Shown piece after piece: positions 1-15,066 of a DNA stretch of 64,000 bases. Origin of the DNA: Octopus vulgaris (taxonomy: Eukaryota); assembly GCA_951406725.2 (NCBI GenBank), contig OX597821.1, positions 108,624,001-108,688,000 on the forward strand. Direction: 5' to 3'. Under the pieces are notes generated by a model. It saw only the letters and a program-made list of their open reading frames with translations, was not told where the DNA came from and did not search any database. A program made the position numbers and the translations under genes. Numbering within the stretch: position 1 is the stretch's first letter; each line of letters starts with the position of its first letter.

Positions 1-224
1 TGTTTGTGCGTGCGCGTATTACATCTGCCAGAAGACAACACGCTCATGTGTATATTCCCATCTTCGTTTCTGATATGTATTTATATACACTCGCTTACGC
101 ATGTTTGTATAGTGTGTGCATGTATGTGTGTGTGTGTGTATACGAGTATGTGTATGTGTGTTAGAGCTATATGAGTTTAATTGACTCGTATATATATATA
201 TATATGACAAGACAGCTTATTGTT

Positions 225-530
225 TCACACACATGGCGTTTTCAATTGAAGTGTTGCTTTTGAAAAATCGACGCAGCTGCTGTAGCTGTATGGCTTCTCG
301 ATCTGTGACATTTGAAAATCACTTGCAAGACTGCAGCCGTCATCATGACCACCACCAACAACACCACCACCGCAGCCACGGCCACGGCTGGCACCACCAG
401 CATCAACTCTATGAGTCCCGCTAGCACCAGCATCATCATCATCGTCATACTCTGCATCACCATCATCACCATTGCCACTAATATTACTTTCATTTCTTAT
501 CATCACTTGTTTGGATGCAACATAATCGAC
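225..530 (-). CDS. Possible terminal coding exon of an unidentified host gene
   Basis: Minus-strand acceptor-like ttcttacgtag| followed by an open frame VDYVASKQVMIRNESN...DFQMSQIEKPYSYSSCVDFSKATLQLKTPCV-TGA. The middle is degenerate triplet repeat and no family is recognised. Confidence 0.2.
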   Translation of the reverse strand, partial: VDYVASKQVMIRNESNISGNGDDGDAEYDDDDDAGASGTHRVDAGGASRGRGCGGGVVGGGHDDGCSLASDFQMSQIEKPYSYSSCVDFSKATLQLKTPCV

Positions 531-592
531 CTACGTAAGAACTCTTACGAACTCCCCCTACCGACATGGCTTCAACCACCCCCTCCAGCTCC

Positions 593-631
<39 letters not shown>

Positions 632-661
632 TTCATTCTATTATACTGTTATTATTATATT

Positions 662-830
662 TGTGTCAGTAAGTTGACTGCCACCATGCTAGAGCACCGC
701 CTTTAGTCGAGCAAACCGACCTCAGGACTTATCCTTTGTAAGCCTAGTACTTATTCTATCGGGGTTTCTGCCGAACCGCTGAGTTTCGGGCAAGTAAACT
801 CTCCAACATCGGTTGTCTAGCGATGGTGGA
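662..830 (-). mobile_element. CORE-type tRNA SINE (family A), 3' half
   Basis: Reverse match to the tail ggcggtgctccagcatggccgcagtcaaatgactgaaac and the body of the full copies at 5236 and 36285. Confidence 0.85.
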
Positions 831-1319
831 GCGACAAGCAAGACTTTTTCATTTTTCATTTTCCCGAGCGTCAAATTATTACGCCTGTTTTTTGTCTATA
901 CACCTGTCTTCGTCTTTTGTTTTCTACAAATTTCAACTATATATGTGTACATATATATATATAATTTTCCTATATTCACCGTACGCAAACATCTCTGCCT
1001 GTGAAGATTCAGTAAATCTCTATATAGCACGATTACTTATCGGCTGCTATTTCTAGCAATGATCGTGCTTCATGTACATTTGCCTTGTATTTATAATTCT
1101 ACCTTTTATGGTGCTTTATTCTCGTTGGTTAGTAATATTCCTTTTTTAATAATATTTATATCTCTTACATATATACTTATGTATGTATCCATGTATGTAT
1201 GTATGTATGTATGTATGTATGTATGTATGTATGTATGTATGTATGTATGTATGTATGTAGGTATGTATGTGTGTATGTAGGCTAGAACTTATATTAATAT
1301 ATATATATATATAATCAAT

Positions 1320-1900
1320 TTAATATTATACTGAAAAATTAGTATTTTTCTAATAGAGTATATGCATATCAAAGTTTAAGAAAGAAAAGTTTGACACTGA
1401 CCTCAAAGTTTCTGTTTAGTCGACTTCGTCAGACTGTGCTCACCTTGTGTTCATCGTAACTTTGTAATGGATTTTGCAAGTTGGTTTTTTGGGCAATTGG
1501 TGGAGCTATATGAAATTATAATTAGGTTTGGTGTAGGTAGACCTGGGAGGTTATTGAATAGGAAATGGGGAATAGAGTACGATATGAGGAAGCAATCTAA
1601 TTTTAGAGTTTGCGTCGATAGAATGTTATGGTGAGATTTTGTTAGGGTCGATGTAGATATTCTGTTCTTGTTTATTAGTGTGCAGTGATCAAATTCGGGT
1701 CGAGCATTCTTTATATATTAAGTAAATTTTTGTTGTGCTTTAGTTTCCACGAAGGAATATTTGTAGATAAATTTATGAAGAATAACTTTCGAAATATATA
1801 GCATTTTAAAATGTTGTACCACAGAAATATATAGCCTGCACGCCGGGCAAAATACTTAGTGGTATTTCGTCTGTCTTTATGTTGTATGTTCAAATTCCAT
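1320..1900 (-). mobile_element. Degraded Penelope-like element 3' end
   Basis: Frame ...AGYIFLWYNILKCY...KHNKNLLN resembles the C-terminus of a PLE GIY-YIG domain. A hammerhead follows downstream and the element abuts (TA)n. Confidence 0.55.
1394..1437 (-). ncRNA. Minimal type-I hammerhead ribozyme
   Basis: Sense acagt-CTGACGA-agtcgactaaaca-GAAA-ctttgag-GTC-agtgt: core intact, stem I with one mismatch, weak stem II. Confidence 0.65.
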
Positions 1901-2064
1901 TGGGATCAACTTTGTCTTTCATCCCTTGGTATTCCATAATATAAGTACCATAAAATAAGTGGGGTTGATGCAATTGACTAGCCCCTCTCCCACCAAATCC
2001 GCAGTCCTTGTGGCAAAATTTGAAACTGATAATAGTGACAACAACAATAACTAAAATAATAATA

Positions 2065-2280
2065 ATGGTTTCAATAGTTTAGCAACTAGAGGAGCAATTT
2101 TGCGGAAGGAGATGAGTCGATTACTTTGACCCCACTGTTCAACTGGTACTTAATTTATCGACCCCGAAAGGATGAAAGGCAAAGTCGACCTCGGCAGAAT
2201 TTGAACTCAGAACAGAGTGACGGTGCAAAATGCCGCTAAGCATTTCGCTCGGCATGCTAACGATTCTGCCAGCTCGCCCA
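2065..2280 (-). mobile_element. Meta-type tRNA SINE (family B)
   Basis: Sense head gcgagctggcagaatcgttagc, B-box gagttcaaattc, Meta-like core gtcgactttgcctttcatcctttcggggtcgataaattaagtaccag. An opposed partial copy lies at about 1890-2030. Confidence 0.85.
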
Positions 2281-2625
2281 GGAGATCAACACATCATCAT
2301 GAAAGAAATAGAAAAAGTTGATATATATGGAGACCTGAGAATTGAGATCGCTATGATGTGGCAGCTACAGGGTTCGAACATAGTGGTTATCCGTGTTGTC
2401 ATCGGAGCATTGGGTTCAATACCACCCAATCTGAAGAAAAAAAAGACATCTGAAAACCTTAGAAATATCCTACACTCTAGATGTATTGCAAAAGTCGGCA
2501 TTACTTGGAACTGCACGCATATTGCCTGAAGTCCTTGTTGAGACTTGACAAACTGTACAAACCCAAGGTACACACAATATCTTCAATCAACAACCTCACG
2601 ATATTGCATATTGTGTGACGTCTAT
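2281..2625 (+). mobile_element. R4/Dong-clade LINE, short 3' fragment
   Basis: EKVDIYGDLRIEIAMMW...VVIGALGSIP then, frameshifted, LQKSALLGTARI: end of the restriction-like endonuclease (RLE). Followed by (AAT)n. Confidence 0.8.
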
Positions 2626-2653
2626 AATGATAATAATAGTATTAGTAGTAGTA

Positions 2654-4020
<1,367 letters not shown>

Positions 4021-4051
4021 ACAATAATAATAATAATAATGATTATTATTA

Positions 4052-4097
<46 letters not shown>

Positions 4098-4318
4098 AGT
4101 TTCTATTAGAAGCACAGGATACGAAATTTTGGAGGAGGAGGCTAGTCGACTACATCGACACCAGTGTTTCACTTGTACTTAATTTATAGTACCAGACAAA
4201 CACTCGGGTCAATGCAACCGGCTAGCCTCTCCCCTTACATCCGCAGTCCCTGAGCCAAACTTTGAAACCAATAATAGTAACAACAACAATAATAATAACA
4301 ATAATAATAATAATAATG

Positions 4319-4367
<49 letters not shown>

Positions 4368-4785
4368 TAATATTATTATTATTATTACTATTCTTCTTCT
4401 TATTGTTATTATTATTATTTATATTATTAATAATAATAATTGCTGTAATTAATTATAGTGTTTGTAATCAGGGCAGTATAACATGATATTGTGGAAGAAC
4501 CAATAGATTACTTAAAAACTACTTCAGATTCTTTACTCAGCTGCATTATCAGGAATTGTCGGAGACATGGAACTTTCTAGACGGTGTTTAATAAATTCGA
4601 TTGGTAATTAATTACAAAGCAGACAAATATATACAATTTCACACACATGAACCGAACTATTTTTATACCCATACCCACACAAACATTCACACACACAAAC
4701 ACACAGATTCACAGATAAAAAACACACATGCACACATATGATTGCATGTGTATATCCATGAATGTGTATACGCATGCATACACAG

Positions 4786-4826
<41 letters not shown>

Positions 4827-4934
4827 GATGGTTATACCCATACAATCATAATTAGTTTTCTGCGTATATATCGTTCGCACATGCGTGTGTGCTTGTATTT
4901 CCGTCTGTGTGTGTGTGTCTGTGTGTATGTGTGT

Positions 4935-5215
4935 CTGTGGTTAGGGCAACGGGAGCGTGGTCGTAGGATCACGGTTTCGATTTTCAGACTGGGCGTTGTG
5001 AGACTCCAGCAGGGGGTGGTGGCGAATCCTGCAGTACTCTTTCGCCAACTCTTCTCGCTCTTTCTTCCTGTTTCTGCTGTACCTGTATTTCAAAGGGGCC
5101 CAGCCTTTTCACACGCTGTGTCACGTTGAATCTTGCATGTTAATTTCACGAGCAGGCTGTTCTGTTCATCGGATCAACTGTAACCCTTGTCGTCGCAACC
5201 GACGGAGTGCCACGA
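4935..5215 (+). mobile_element. tRNA-derived SINE (family D)
   Basis: Degraded tRNA-like head (gtggttaggg...ggtttcgattt). Its tail aaagggccagcc...aaccgacggag is repeated at about 56145-56310. Confidence 0.6.
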
Positions 5216-5235
5216 TATATATATATATATATATA

Positions 5236-5640
5236 GGCGTAGGAGAGGCTGTGTGGTAAGTAGCTTGCTTACGAACCACATGGTTCCGTGTTCAGTCCCA
5301 CTGCGTGGCACCTTGGGCAAGTGTCTTCTACTATAGCCTCGGGCCGACCAAAGCCTTGTGAGTGGATTTGGTAGACGGAGACTGAAAGAAGCCCGCTGTA
5401 TATATGTATATATATATATGTGTATGTTTGTGTGTTGTATTTGTACCCCCAACATCGCTTGACAACCGATGCTGGTGTGTTTACGTCCCTGTAACTTAGC
5501 GGTTCGGCAAAAGAAACCGATAGAATAAGCACTAGGCTTACAAAGAATAAGTCCTGGGGTCGATTTCCTCGACTAAAGGCGGTGCTCCAGCATGGCCATA
5601 GTCAAATGACTGAAACAAGTAAATGAGTAAATGAGTATAT
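5236..5640 (+). mobile_element. CORE-type tRNA SINE (family A), full length
   Basis: A-box-like ggctgtgtgg, B-box-like gttcagtccc, CORE motif gcaccttgggcaag, internal (TA)/(TG) tract, stem-loop tail. Confidence 0.9.
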
Positions 5641-5899
5641 ATGAGTAGTTGTATGTGTATACAAACGTATATTATTTTGCATATTTCACTGCCTCTGTAA
5701 ATGAGATTCATACCTGTATACCGCAATGTATGTACTTTTATCAGCATATACACTCTTTCCTGCTGAACAAGGAATTATTTTCTTGTGATTTGAGCCCGAG
5801 ATCAGTGATTTTCTGGGTAAGTGCTAGGCAATACCATCGACCCGCATATTGGACTGGTACTTTACTTTATCGAACCTGAGATGGTGAAAGGCAAAGTTG

Positions 5900-6283
5900 A
5901 CTACTCTTTTACATGTTTCAGTCGTTTGACTGCGACCATGCTGGAGAACCCCCTGTAGTCGAGCAAATCGACCCCAGGACTTATTCTTTGTAAGTCTAGT
6001 GCTTATTCTATCGGTCTCTTTTGCCGAACCGCTAAGTTACGGGAACGTAAACACACCAGCGTTGGTTGTCAAGCGATGTTGGGAGTACAAACACAGACAT
6101 ATATATATATATATATATATATTTACGACAGGCTTCTTTCAGTTTCTGTCTACCAAATCCACTCACAAGGCTTTGGTCGGCCCGAGGCTATAGTAGAAGA
6201 CATTTGCCCAAGGTGCCACGCAGTGGGACTGAACACGGAACCATGTGGTTGGTAAGCAAGCTACTTACCACACAGTCACTCCG
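5900..6283 (-). mobile_element. CORE-type tRNA SINE (family A), full length
   Basis: Near-complete reverse complement of the 5236 copy; the two form an inverted pair about 260 bp apart. Confidence 0.9.
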
Positions 6284-7542
6284 TAGACGATCGTTTCTAC
6301 ATCCCTGTCCTTAAGGCATAATTCCCTCCCAACCTATTTTTAAATTAATCCCATCTTCCAGTCCTTGTCTAACCAATCATATAGAAACGAGACTATAGCG
6401 AAGATAATTTAGCTGCAACATTAGTGTAGCAACTTCATTATGTAGTTATCTATTTCCAAGATATTCCACCTTTTTAATGCAAGCTTTTGTTACTGCCTCG
6501 TGTTATCCACCTAAGATATCCATCATAACTCTTACATCATGTACTTATACCCTACATCCATATTATTCTCCCCTGCCACACCTCACAGTGGATAAAGAAC
6601 GAAAATTTAAAGAAGCGACGTGAGACGATAAGAAACGGTGTCAGTCATCATGGACGTAAAGCGCAATTGGAACGATTCCGAGAGAAGATCATCCAGTCTT
6701 AGATTGGAAACGTTTTAATTGCCTCGACGATGGTATTTGTCTGTCCAAGAACCAAATTTCAAACTAACGGACTAATGTTTGGTCATTTAACCTGTCGACG
6801 GAACAGAAACTTGCATTGTAAAACCGGAAAAAAATCTATCGTCTGTAATGGCTAATTGATCGAGACGATTGAACACATGTTGTACTAAATTGATTTCTTC
6901 CGTACAATGGATGCATCTACTTCGAACTCTCTCGAATTTGTGAGTAGTATCGCATTTAAGAGAGAAACAATGCCGCATAAAGAAATTCTGTCTTTTTCAT
7001 GCTCAGCTGTTTGCTAAAAAATTCTTGGAGACAAGGAACTTTTCAGACAATATTTAATTAATTTGCTAAATAATTACAAGCCAGACACACACACACGCAG
7101 ACACAAACATATACATACACATACACACACATACATGTTAAGAGATTATAAAACGCACATATAAAATTTTACATACAAGCATATATGCATATACTAAGAC
7201 AGTATATATACGCAGACATGCATATATATGCATAAAATATTGCGTAAAACTTTTATATTACAGAATTTAAGCAATTAAATTGAATAGAACAATATGAATA
7301 TGAATAGATATCTTCCTGCGGACTCTGTCTTTTCTGTCTGTCTGTCTGTTTGTCACCCTCTCTCTTCCCACCTCTGTACGCACACATACACGCATACATA
7401 TATACATAAAACAACACACACACACACACATATATGTACGTATATGTATATTTATATATGTGTAGGGGAGTGTATGTATATATATATAGTTATATACATA
7501 TGTGTGTATATATGCATGCATATATATACATGTGTGTATATA

Positions 7543-7588
<46 letters not shown>

Positions 7589-7743
7589 TATATATATGTA
7601 TATATACATATATATATATACATATGTGTATATATATATATACATATACATACATACATACATACATACACGTACATATTTCCATGCGTATACATGAGAA
7701 GAAAAATCTATCAGAAAGGAACTCTATCACTCTTTAAAAAATA

Positions 7744-7783
7744 TCTTTTGATAAGCATAACAAATGCGCAACCGGTAAAAAGA
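7744..7783 (+). ncRNA. Decayed hammerhead-like motif
   Basis: tctt-ttgataa-gcat aacaa atgc-gcaa-ccggt-a-aaaaga: stems present but three core substitutions. Confidence 0.35.
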
Positions 7784-8169
7784 CCTTTCACCTAATTAAA
7801 TACATTCTCCCTTATTTAAATTATTTTGTCAGCATTTTCTTCATTTCCTTTTTTTATATATCACAACTCGTGTTCCACATCTCCTTTTTTAAATATATAT
7901 ATACTTTGATAGGTTTCGGCCAGTATTGGCCCAGGCCATGTCTAACTTATATGTATATGCGAAGGCACACAACGGTATTCTTTTAGTTTCCACTAACGAA
8001 ATTCGTTTACATGGCTTTTGTCAGCTCGAGGTTATAGTAGAAGATACTTGCCCAAGGTGCTGCGCAGTACATTAGCCTCGTAGTTACTTGGGGTGGGGGA
8101 GATAAACAACTATGAAATCAACAACATCAAGAAGAAACACAAGAGCATATTCGACAACATTGTGAAGAA

Positions 8170-8654
8170 CAACTACGATGAGAGCTGATGATAATGACAA
8201 CGATGACGACGACGATGATGATGATGATGGCTGATGAGGGGAATGATGATGGTAATGGTGATGATGATGACGATGATATCGATGATGATGATGATGATGC
8301 TGATGATGATGATGATGAAGAGGAGGATGCTGTTGCTGCTGCTGATGATGACGACGACGACGATGATGATGATAATGATGACGACGACGACGATGATGAT
8401 AATGATTACGATGATGATGATGATGATGATGATGATGCTATCGATGATGACTAAGATAATGGCGCTAATGATGATGTTAATGACGATGATGATGACGACG
8501 ATGATGATGACGATGGCGATGATGATGATGGCGATGATGACGACAATGATCATGATGATGGCGACCAACGATGATGGTGATGAAGATGAAGAAAGAGGAG
8601 GAGGAGAAAGAAGAGGAGAACGATGATGATGACGACAACAACGACGACGACGGA

Positions 8655-8686
<32 letters not shown>

Positions 8687-8800
8687 CGACGACGACGACG
8701 ACGATGATGATGATGATTATGCTGAAGATCCTGACGACAACGACGATGACGATTGCGACGGCGATATTGAAAACAACAACAACAACAGCAACACCATTCA
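8170..8800. repeat. Degenerate (GAT/GAC)n trinucleotide array
   Basis: About 630 bp of GAT/GAC/GAG/AAC triplets. Confidence 0.95.
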
Positions 8801-9039
8801 TTCTCCATATTCGCCACATGCTCTGCTTTAAATAATAGATGGAAGTTAATTAAAAATCGGAGTCAAGTGTGGAGCTATCGTGGCACCATCAAACGCTTTT
8901 GCATCATTAACTGCATCGAGCAATTAGATGCACAACTGGTGTTTGTCTGCTGCACACCTATCTCTTCATCTCGACTCGTTTTAATTGTTGTTACCAATGC
9001 TTTTGGCGATCACCGTGTAATTGTTGTCATACTAAGTGT

Positions 9040-9258
9040 TGTGATTATTGATGTGGTTGCTGTTGTTGTTGTTGTTGTTGTTGTTGTTGCTGTTGGTGGT
9101 GGTGGTGGTGGTGGTGGTGGCAGGGGTGGTTGTTGCTGCCAGTTGTTGTTGCTGTTGTTGTTGATGATGTATTGTCGATAGTGTGGCAAATGTTTATGCT
9201 GTTCTTGCTATTGTTGCTGCTGCTGTTGCTGCTACTACTATTACTACCATCACTATTA

Positions 9259-9326
<68 letters not shown>

Positions 9327-9450
9327 GTTGTTGTTGTTTTTGTTGTTGTTGTTGTTGTTTTTGTTGTTATTGTTGTCGCCGTTACTGTTGTTACTATTAT
9401 TATAACTATCATCATCATCATCATCATCAATATGATCATCTTTATTATTA

Positions 9451-9514
<64 letters not shown>

Positions 9515-9540
9515 CATCATTATTATTATTATTATTATGG
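9040..9540. repeat. Compound (GTT)n/(GGT)n/(ATT)n array
   Basis: Direct inspection. Confidence 0.95.
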
Positions 9541-9768
9541 TTACTGCCTGGAATCGAACTTGGAATCTTGGGGTTAGTAGCTTGCGCTCTTAACTACTAC
9601 ACCGAATGCCAGAAAATGCCTTACGAATGAGAACCTAGGTTCGTAATTTCCCCAAGACACCTGATGAAGGATGGAGGTTAAGAAGAAACAAGATGAGGAC
9701 AAGTATCCGTCAAATGTAAATAAGGTAAATAATGTACATAATTCCTCATCTCTTAAATATAGAACTGA
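9540..9768. mobile_element. tRNA-head + hammerhead element, inverted junction
   Basis: 9540-9603 is the reverse complement of the tRNA-like head. It is joined to the sense segment gaatgagaacc...gacacCTGATGAagg...aattcctcatctcttaaatatagaactg (3' half of the hammerhead deleted). Confidence 0.8.
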
Positions 9769-9775
9769 ATAGACC

Positions 9776-9813
<38 letters not shown>

Positions 9814-10318
9814 GTACGTCTGTATGTATGTATGTATGTATGTATGTATGCATATATGTACAAGATGAGTTCTTATCGCTTGACGTTTACCAAATTCCAG
9901 TCATAAGCTGTCGGATAAGTCGTGGTTCTGGTGAATGACAGTTTTCTCAATCAAGATGTCGCACTGTCGCAACACACCTAGAATCACGTGACATTGAATC
10001 AAACTTTTATCACATAATCATGGCAGTGTATAGATGTGTATATGTATGCGTCTGCATGTACGTATACACGTATGTATACGTGAGTGTTTTTAAGCATTCA
10101 TCTTTGACATCCGCATTCCTGCTTCATTTAAGAATGCTGGCTACGATAAGATTTTTTTAGAAATAGCTACGGAATTCCGGCATTGTTCTTTGATAAAGTC
10201 ACTAAAAAATTTCTACCGTCCCATCGTCCCATCTATCTTCTTTCCTTTTCTTTCAACCCGCTTTATCTCTCTTTCCATATATTTCCTTTTACATACACAC
10301 ACACCGTGTGTGTGTGTA

Positions 10319-10359
<41 letters not shown>

Positions 10360-10431
10360 GTATTTGTGTGTCAGTGTGTTTTGTTCTTGTTGCGCGCGTG
10401 CATGAGTGTAAATATACGTGTGTATATAGAA

Positions 10432-10465
<34 letters not shown>

Positions 10466-10604
10466 GTATATATATGTATATATATATACATATATAAACA
10501 CGTATATACATACATGTATATATATAAATACATATATACCTAGTCGCACTTTACACACACACACGCGCGCGCATATATATACATATATATATATATATAT
10601 ATGC

Positions 10605-10639
<35 letters not shown>

Positions 10640-10974
10640 TGTATACATATATATATTCATACACACATGTATCTCATGCACACATACGCACACACATACA
10701 TTATTATTGTTACTAATAGCATTATCATCATAAACATTACTTCTTATTTTCCTCAACACATTTCCCTCTTGCCATCATTTAATTATCTCTTGACCTCACC
10801 TCCTACGATCCTTAAATATATCATATGCAGATACGGCGATGTCAGCGAAGAGAGAAAAGTCTACTCATATTACATAAATATTCAAACAGAATATTCTTTC
10901 TTCTCCTACAGCTGAAACTATATTGCCATTAAAATCAACTCCTACGACATATTTTATTTTGTTTAAATATTCTT

Positions 10975-11700
10975 TTCTCGTCTAGGCACAAGGCCCGACA
11001 TTTTTTTTTGGGGGGGGTGCAGTCGATTAAATCGAGCACAGTACGCAACTGGTACTTAATTTATCGACTCCGAAATGATGGAAGGCAAAGTCAACCTCGG
11101 CAGAATTTGAACTCAGAACGTAAAGGTAGACGAAATATCTATTTCTTTACTACCCACAAGGGACTAAACACAGAGAGAACAAACAAGGACAGACAAACGG
11201 ATTAAGTTGATTATATTGACCCCAGTACGCAACTGGTACTTAATTTATCGACTCCGAAATGATGAAAGGCAAAGTCAACCTCAGCAGAATTTGAACTCAG
11301 AACGTATTTCTTTACTACCCACAAGGGGCTAAAAACAGAGGGGACAAACAAGGATAGACAAACGGATTAAGTCTATTATATCGACCCCAGTGCGTAACTC
11401 GTACTTATTTAATCGATCCCGAAAGGATGAAAGGCAAAGTCGACCTCGGCGGATTTGAACTCAGAACATAGCAGCAGACGAAATACCTATTTCTTTACTA
11501 CCCACAAGGGACTAAACACAGAGAGAACAAACAAGGACAGACAAACGGATTAAGTCGATTATATTGACCCCAGTGCGTAACTGGTACTTATTTAATCGAC
11601 CCCGAAAGGATGAAAGGCAAAGTCGACCTCGGCGGAATTTGAACTCAGAACGTAGCGGCAGACGAAATACGGCTTCGCATTTCGCCTGCCAGCTCGTCGC
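10975..11700 (-). mobile_element. Meta-type SINE (family B), four tandem monomers
   Basis: Four consecutive units of about 165-180 bp, each with actggtact...atgaaaggcaaagtc.acctc.gc.gaatttgaactcagaac. Confidence 0.9.
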
Positions 11701-12373
11701 CATATTTTGTATAAATATTAAATAAGAGAAGGCGCGGCCTGGACGTATGATAGGATGTTTGCTTCTTAATGGCATGGTCCAGGGTTCAGTTCCACGTTGT
11801 GAATAGTTGGTGGGCAAGCGCCTCGTATACATATTATTTTCAGTGAAAACCTGATGCAAAGACAACTTATGTATTTGATACAATAAATAAATTTTCCCTA
11901 AGTAATGTATAATTAGATTATTTTCCTTAGCCTTCGCGACATCGTGATCTCTTATCGAGATAAACAGAGCACGACCTTGCAGGTGAGGCCCAGCTAGAAA
12001 GTTTTTCTGACTGAGTAGCCCATCCCGCTCAAAAGATCCCTGAATGAGAGTTGTTTAAGGAAATTGAACGAAACACTCGTCTTTCCAAAAGTGAATTGTG
12101 CAAACCGCAAATAATTCCTCTCAACACATGGTTATGATTCTCCCCAACTAACTCTAGTCGTGATCAGAGATGCACATATCGTCAGCCACTAAGGTACACG
12201 CACAACTGTTTTAGGTAAAAAGAACTAACAAGCAAATCTGTGATATTGAGCAGAATATTTGCTGTAGCCCATCTTTTACAACTAGACAAAAGAATGTACA
12301 TGATAACACTTCCAATAAGTTAAGATTAGACACCACTATCAATTATAATTATCATCATCATCATCATTATTAC

Positions 12374-12445
<72 letters not shown>

Positions 12446-12499
12446 CATTATTATTAATATTATCATCATTATTATTATTATTATCATCATCATTATCAC

Positions 12500-12556
<57 letters not shown>

Positions 12557-12688
12557 CATTATTATTAATATTATTCAAGTAGTCTGACTTGGCCCTTATG
12601 TGACTTCTGTTTCGCTTTCTTCTAACAGAAACCCATGTGTTAGCATGGAAGTCGAAGGTCTTGTAACTAACGGGGACATCAATTGCAT

Positions 12689-12796
12689 ATCACCCGAAGA
12701 AATACAACGGGATCCCATTATACAAGTAAACCGTTGAATATAGTCAAATTCCTGAATATATAAAGATCTATGTTGTATAGAAACTTGTGTAGTGGT
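12689..12796 (+). ncRNA. Hammerhead variant with long stem-loop II
   Basis: atcac-CCGAAGA-a-atacaac...gttgtat-a-GAAA-cttgt-GTA-gtggt: stem I atcac/gtggt, 7-bp stem II, U4C core change. Confidence 0.55.
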
Positions 12797-12850
12797 TAAA
12801 AAATAACAGTCCAACCGTACTTTTCCTTGTTGACTCTATCTTATTCACAC

Positions 12851-12881
<31 letters not shown>

Positions 12882-12902
12882 CATACACACACACACACAC
12901 AC

Positions 12903-12951
<49 letters not shown>

Positions 12952-13041
12952 CGTATATATATGCATACATATAAATACTTATATATATATACAACTATAC
13001 ATACACATGTACATATATGCATATATATTCATGTACATATA

Positions 13042-13085
<44 letters not shown>

Positions 13086-13241
13086 CTTATATACACACAC
13101 ACATATATATATATATATATATGTGTGTATGCCTAATATAGTATATCTATACTATGTATGACGTAATTATATATGCAAGAACAATGGATTATATGCCTTT
13201 TGTTTTTAGAGCTGTGGTAATATTAAGAGTAGAAGCATCAC

Positions 13242-13292
<51 letters not shown>

Positions 13293-13429
13293 CAGTAGTA
13301 GCAGTAGTAGCAGTAGTAGCTCTGAAAGTTTGCGTTGTTTGCTCTTTGTGGTGGTGGCTATGATAGCGATGGCGAGCACCAGCTAGCAGATGCAATAATT
13401 AATGAAACTTAGCAACCACGATGAAAGTA

Positions 13430-13476
<47 letters not shown>

Positions 13477-13540
13477 GATATGCATGTGCGTGTGTGTGTG
13501 TGAGTGTGTGTATGTATATAAATATATGTATATCTATATC

Positions 13541-13585
<45 letters not shown>

Positions 13586-13968
13586 ATATCTATCTATCTA
13601 TCTATCTATACATGTACGTATGTGTCTGTATATATATGTATGTATATGTATATGTCTATAATGATGAAAAGGCATGGAAAACTTTCTGAACGAGAAACAT
13701 TATCTAACAAGACCCGTGTTCTGAACTTGTGATCCAGCTTTGGTTCTTATTGAAATCTAAAGTAATCATCTGTGCGTTATGTGTTTCGTATACATCAAAA
13801 CATCTGCAATACTAATTAGCTATCACACCTGTGTTCCGCTGCCGCTCGACCATTATCAATGACTACTTGGCAACACCTTTAGAAATACAGCAAAATCTAA
13901 TGGATGACGTATCTGATCTTTGTCTAGTTCTCTCTCTCTCCATATCTCTCTCACACTCTCTATCTCTC

Positions 13969-14015
<47 letters not shown>

Positions 14016-14026
14016 ACATATATATA

Positions 14027-14062
<36 letters not shown>

Positions 14063-14329
14063 TGTATGTATTCGTCACTTTTAATTTTCAAAAGCATGGT
14101 TATATTTACGTTCGGGAATTATTTTCCTATATACACACATAGTAGCTGCTTTCTCGTATACGAGCAAAGCCACTGCTAGGAATATACATACATACATACA
14201 TACATACATACATACATACATACATACATACATACATGCATACATACATATATACATATATATATATAGATATATAGATATATATATATATACATATACA
14301 CATATATATACATATATATATATAGAAAA

Positions 14330-15066
14330 TAGTAAAGAGTGAAAAAACTACAGAAGACTTGTTTTATAAGGTTAAAGAATATATTTGAGTCATTATATTA
14401 GAAGAATGTTATAAAATGTATTCATACAGTAACATAGATTTTGAAGAAATTACCGGTTTCGTGTTAACTTTTCAAATTTCTCATTTTTTCTCAGATGTCT
14501 TTATTTACATCGTGTTATGTCTTCGTTATGCAGTGCAAAGAAGAGTTCCAAGTAGGGAGAGGTAATAAGCGATTTCTTCCGGTATAGGGGAGATAATCGC
14601 TTTATATTTCTATTCCCTTTATTTAGTGGGGTGAGTTTCTCTGTATGAGAATGTTAGAATGGTTAAGTTTAGGCTTATATTTTTCAATGAAGAATGTTTC
14701 CTTGTTTAATCTAATTTGTGTTGGTGTTCCAATAGCACATTGATAGAATGGAAAGATTAAAAATTGTGGTAGTAGTTGCTTTGCGCATTTCTCGATATGC
14801 TCACTAAAGGGTATCATTCTGTATTCTGGGAATGCAATCTGTTGTCGATGCAGAGTGCATCTGCGTCTGAGTGATAATCCCGTGGACCCCACGTAGTTTT
14901 GGTGGCAGCCCGAGCACCTTATGACATAAATTATGTTTTCAGAAGCACAAGTAAAATTGGATCTGATCTTGAATTTTTGTCCCTGTTTGAAAAGGAATTC
15001 TGATCTTTCTAGAACACTATTTTCTATATTTCCAACCACGTGCTTTCACACACCAACTTTATTACC

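Noticed and set aside
4440-4600. Fourth R4/Dong 3' remnant (SAALSG...MELSRRCL)
   Set aside because: Similarity too short and degenerate to call.
6589-6702. Plus-strand terminal exon WIKNENLKKRRETIRNGVSHHGRKAQLERFREKIIQS*
   Set aside because: Good acceptor, but no homology or partner exons; the opposite strand gives an equally plausible non-coding exon-like segment.
7267-7795. YI/CV/HT-repeat ORFs here and throughout the window
   Set aside because: Artefacts of (TA)n, (CA)n and (TATG)n, which lack stop codons.
8173-8835. Poly-Asp/Met/His/Ile ORFs
   Set aside because: Translations of a (GAT/GAC)n array, open in several frames on both strands, with internal stops in the Asp frame.
10975-11700. 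CRISPR-like array
   Set aside because: Units are whole SINE monomers without unique spacers, in eukaryotic DNA.
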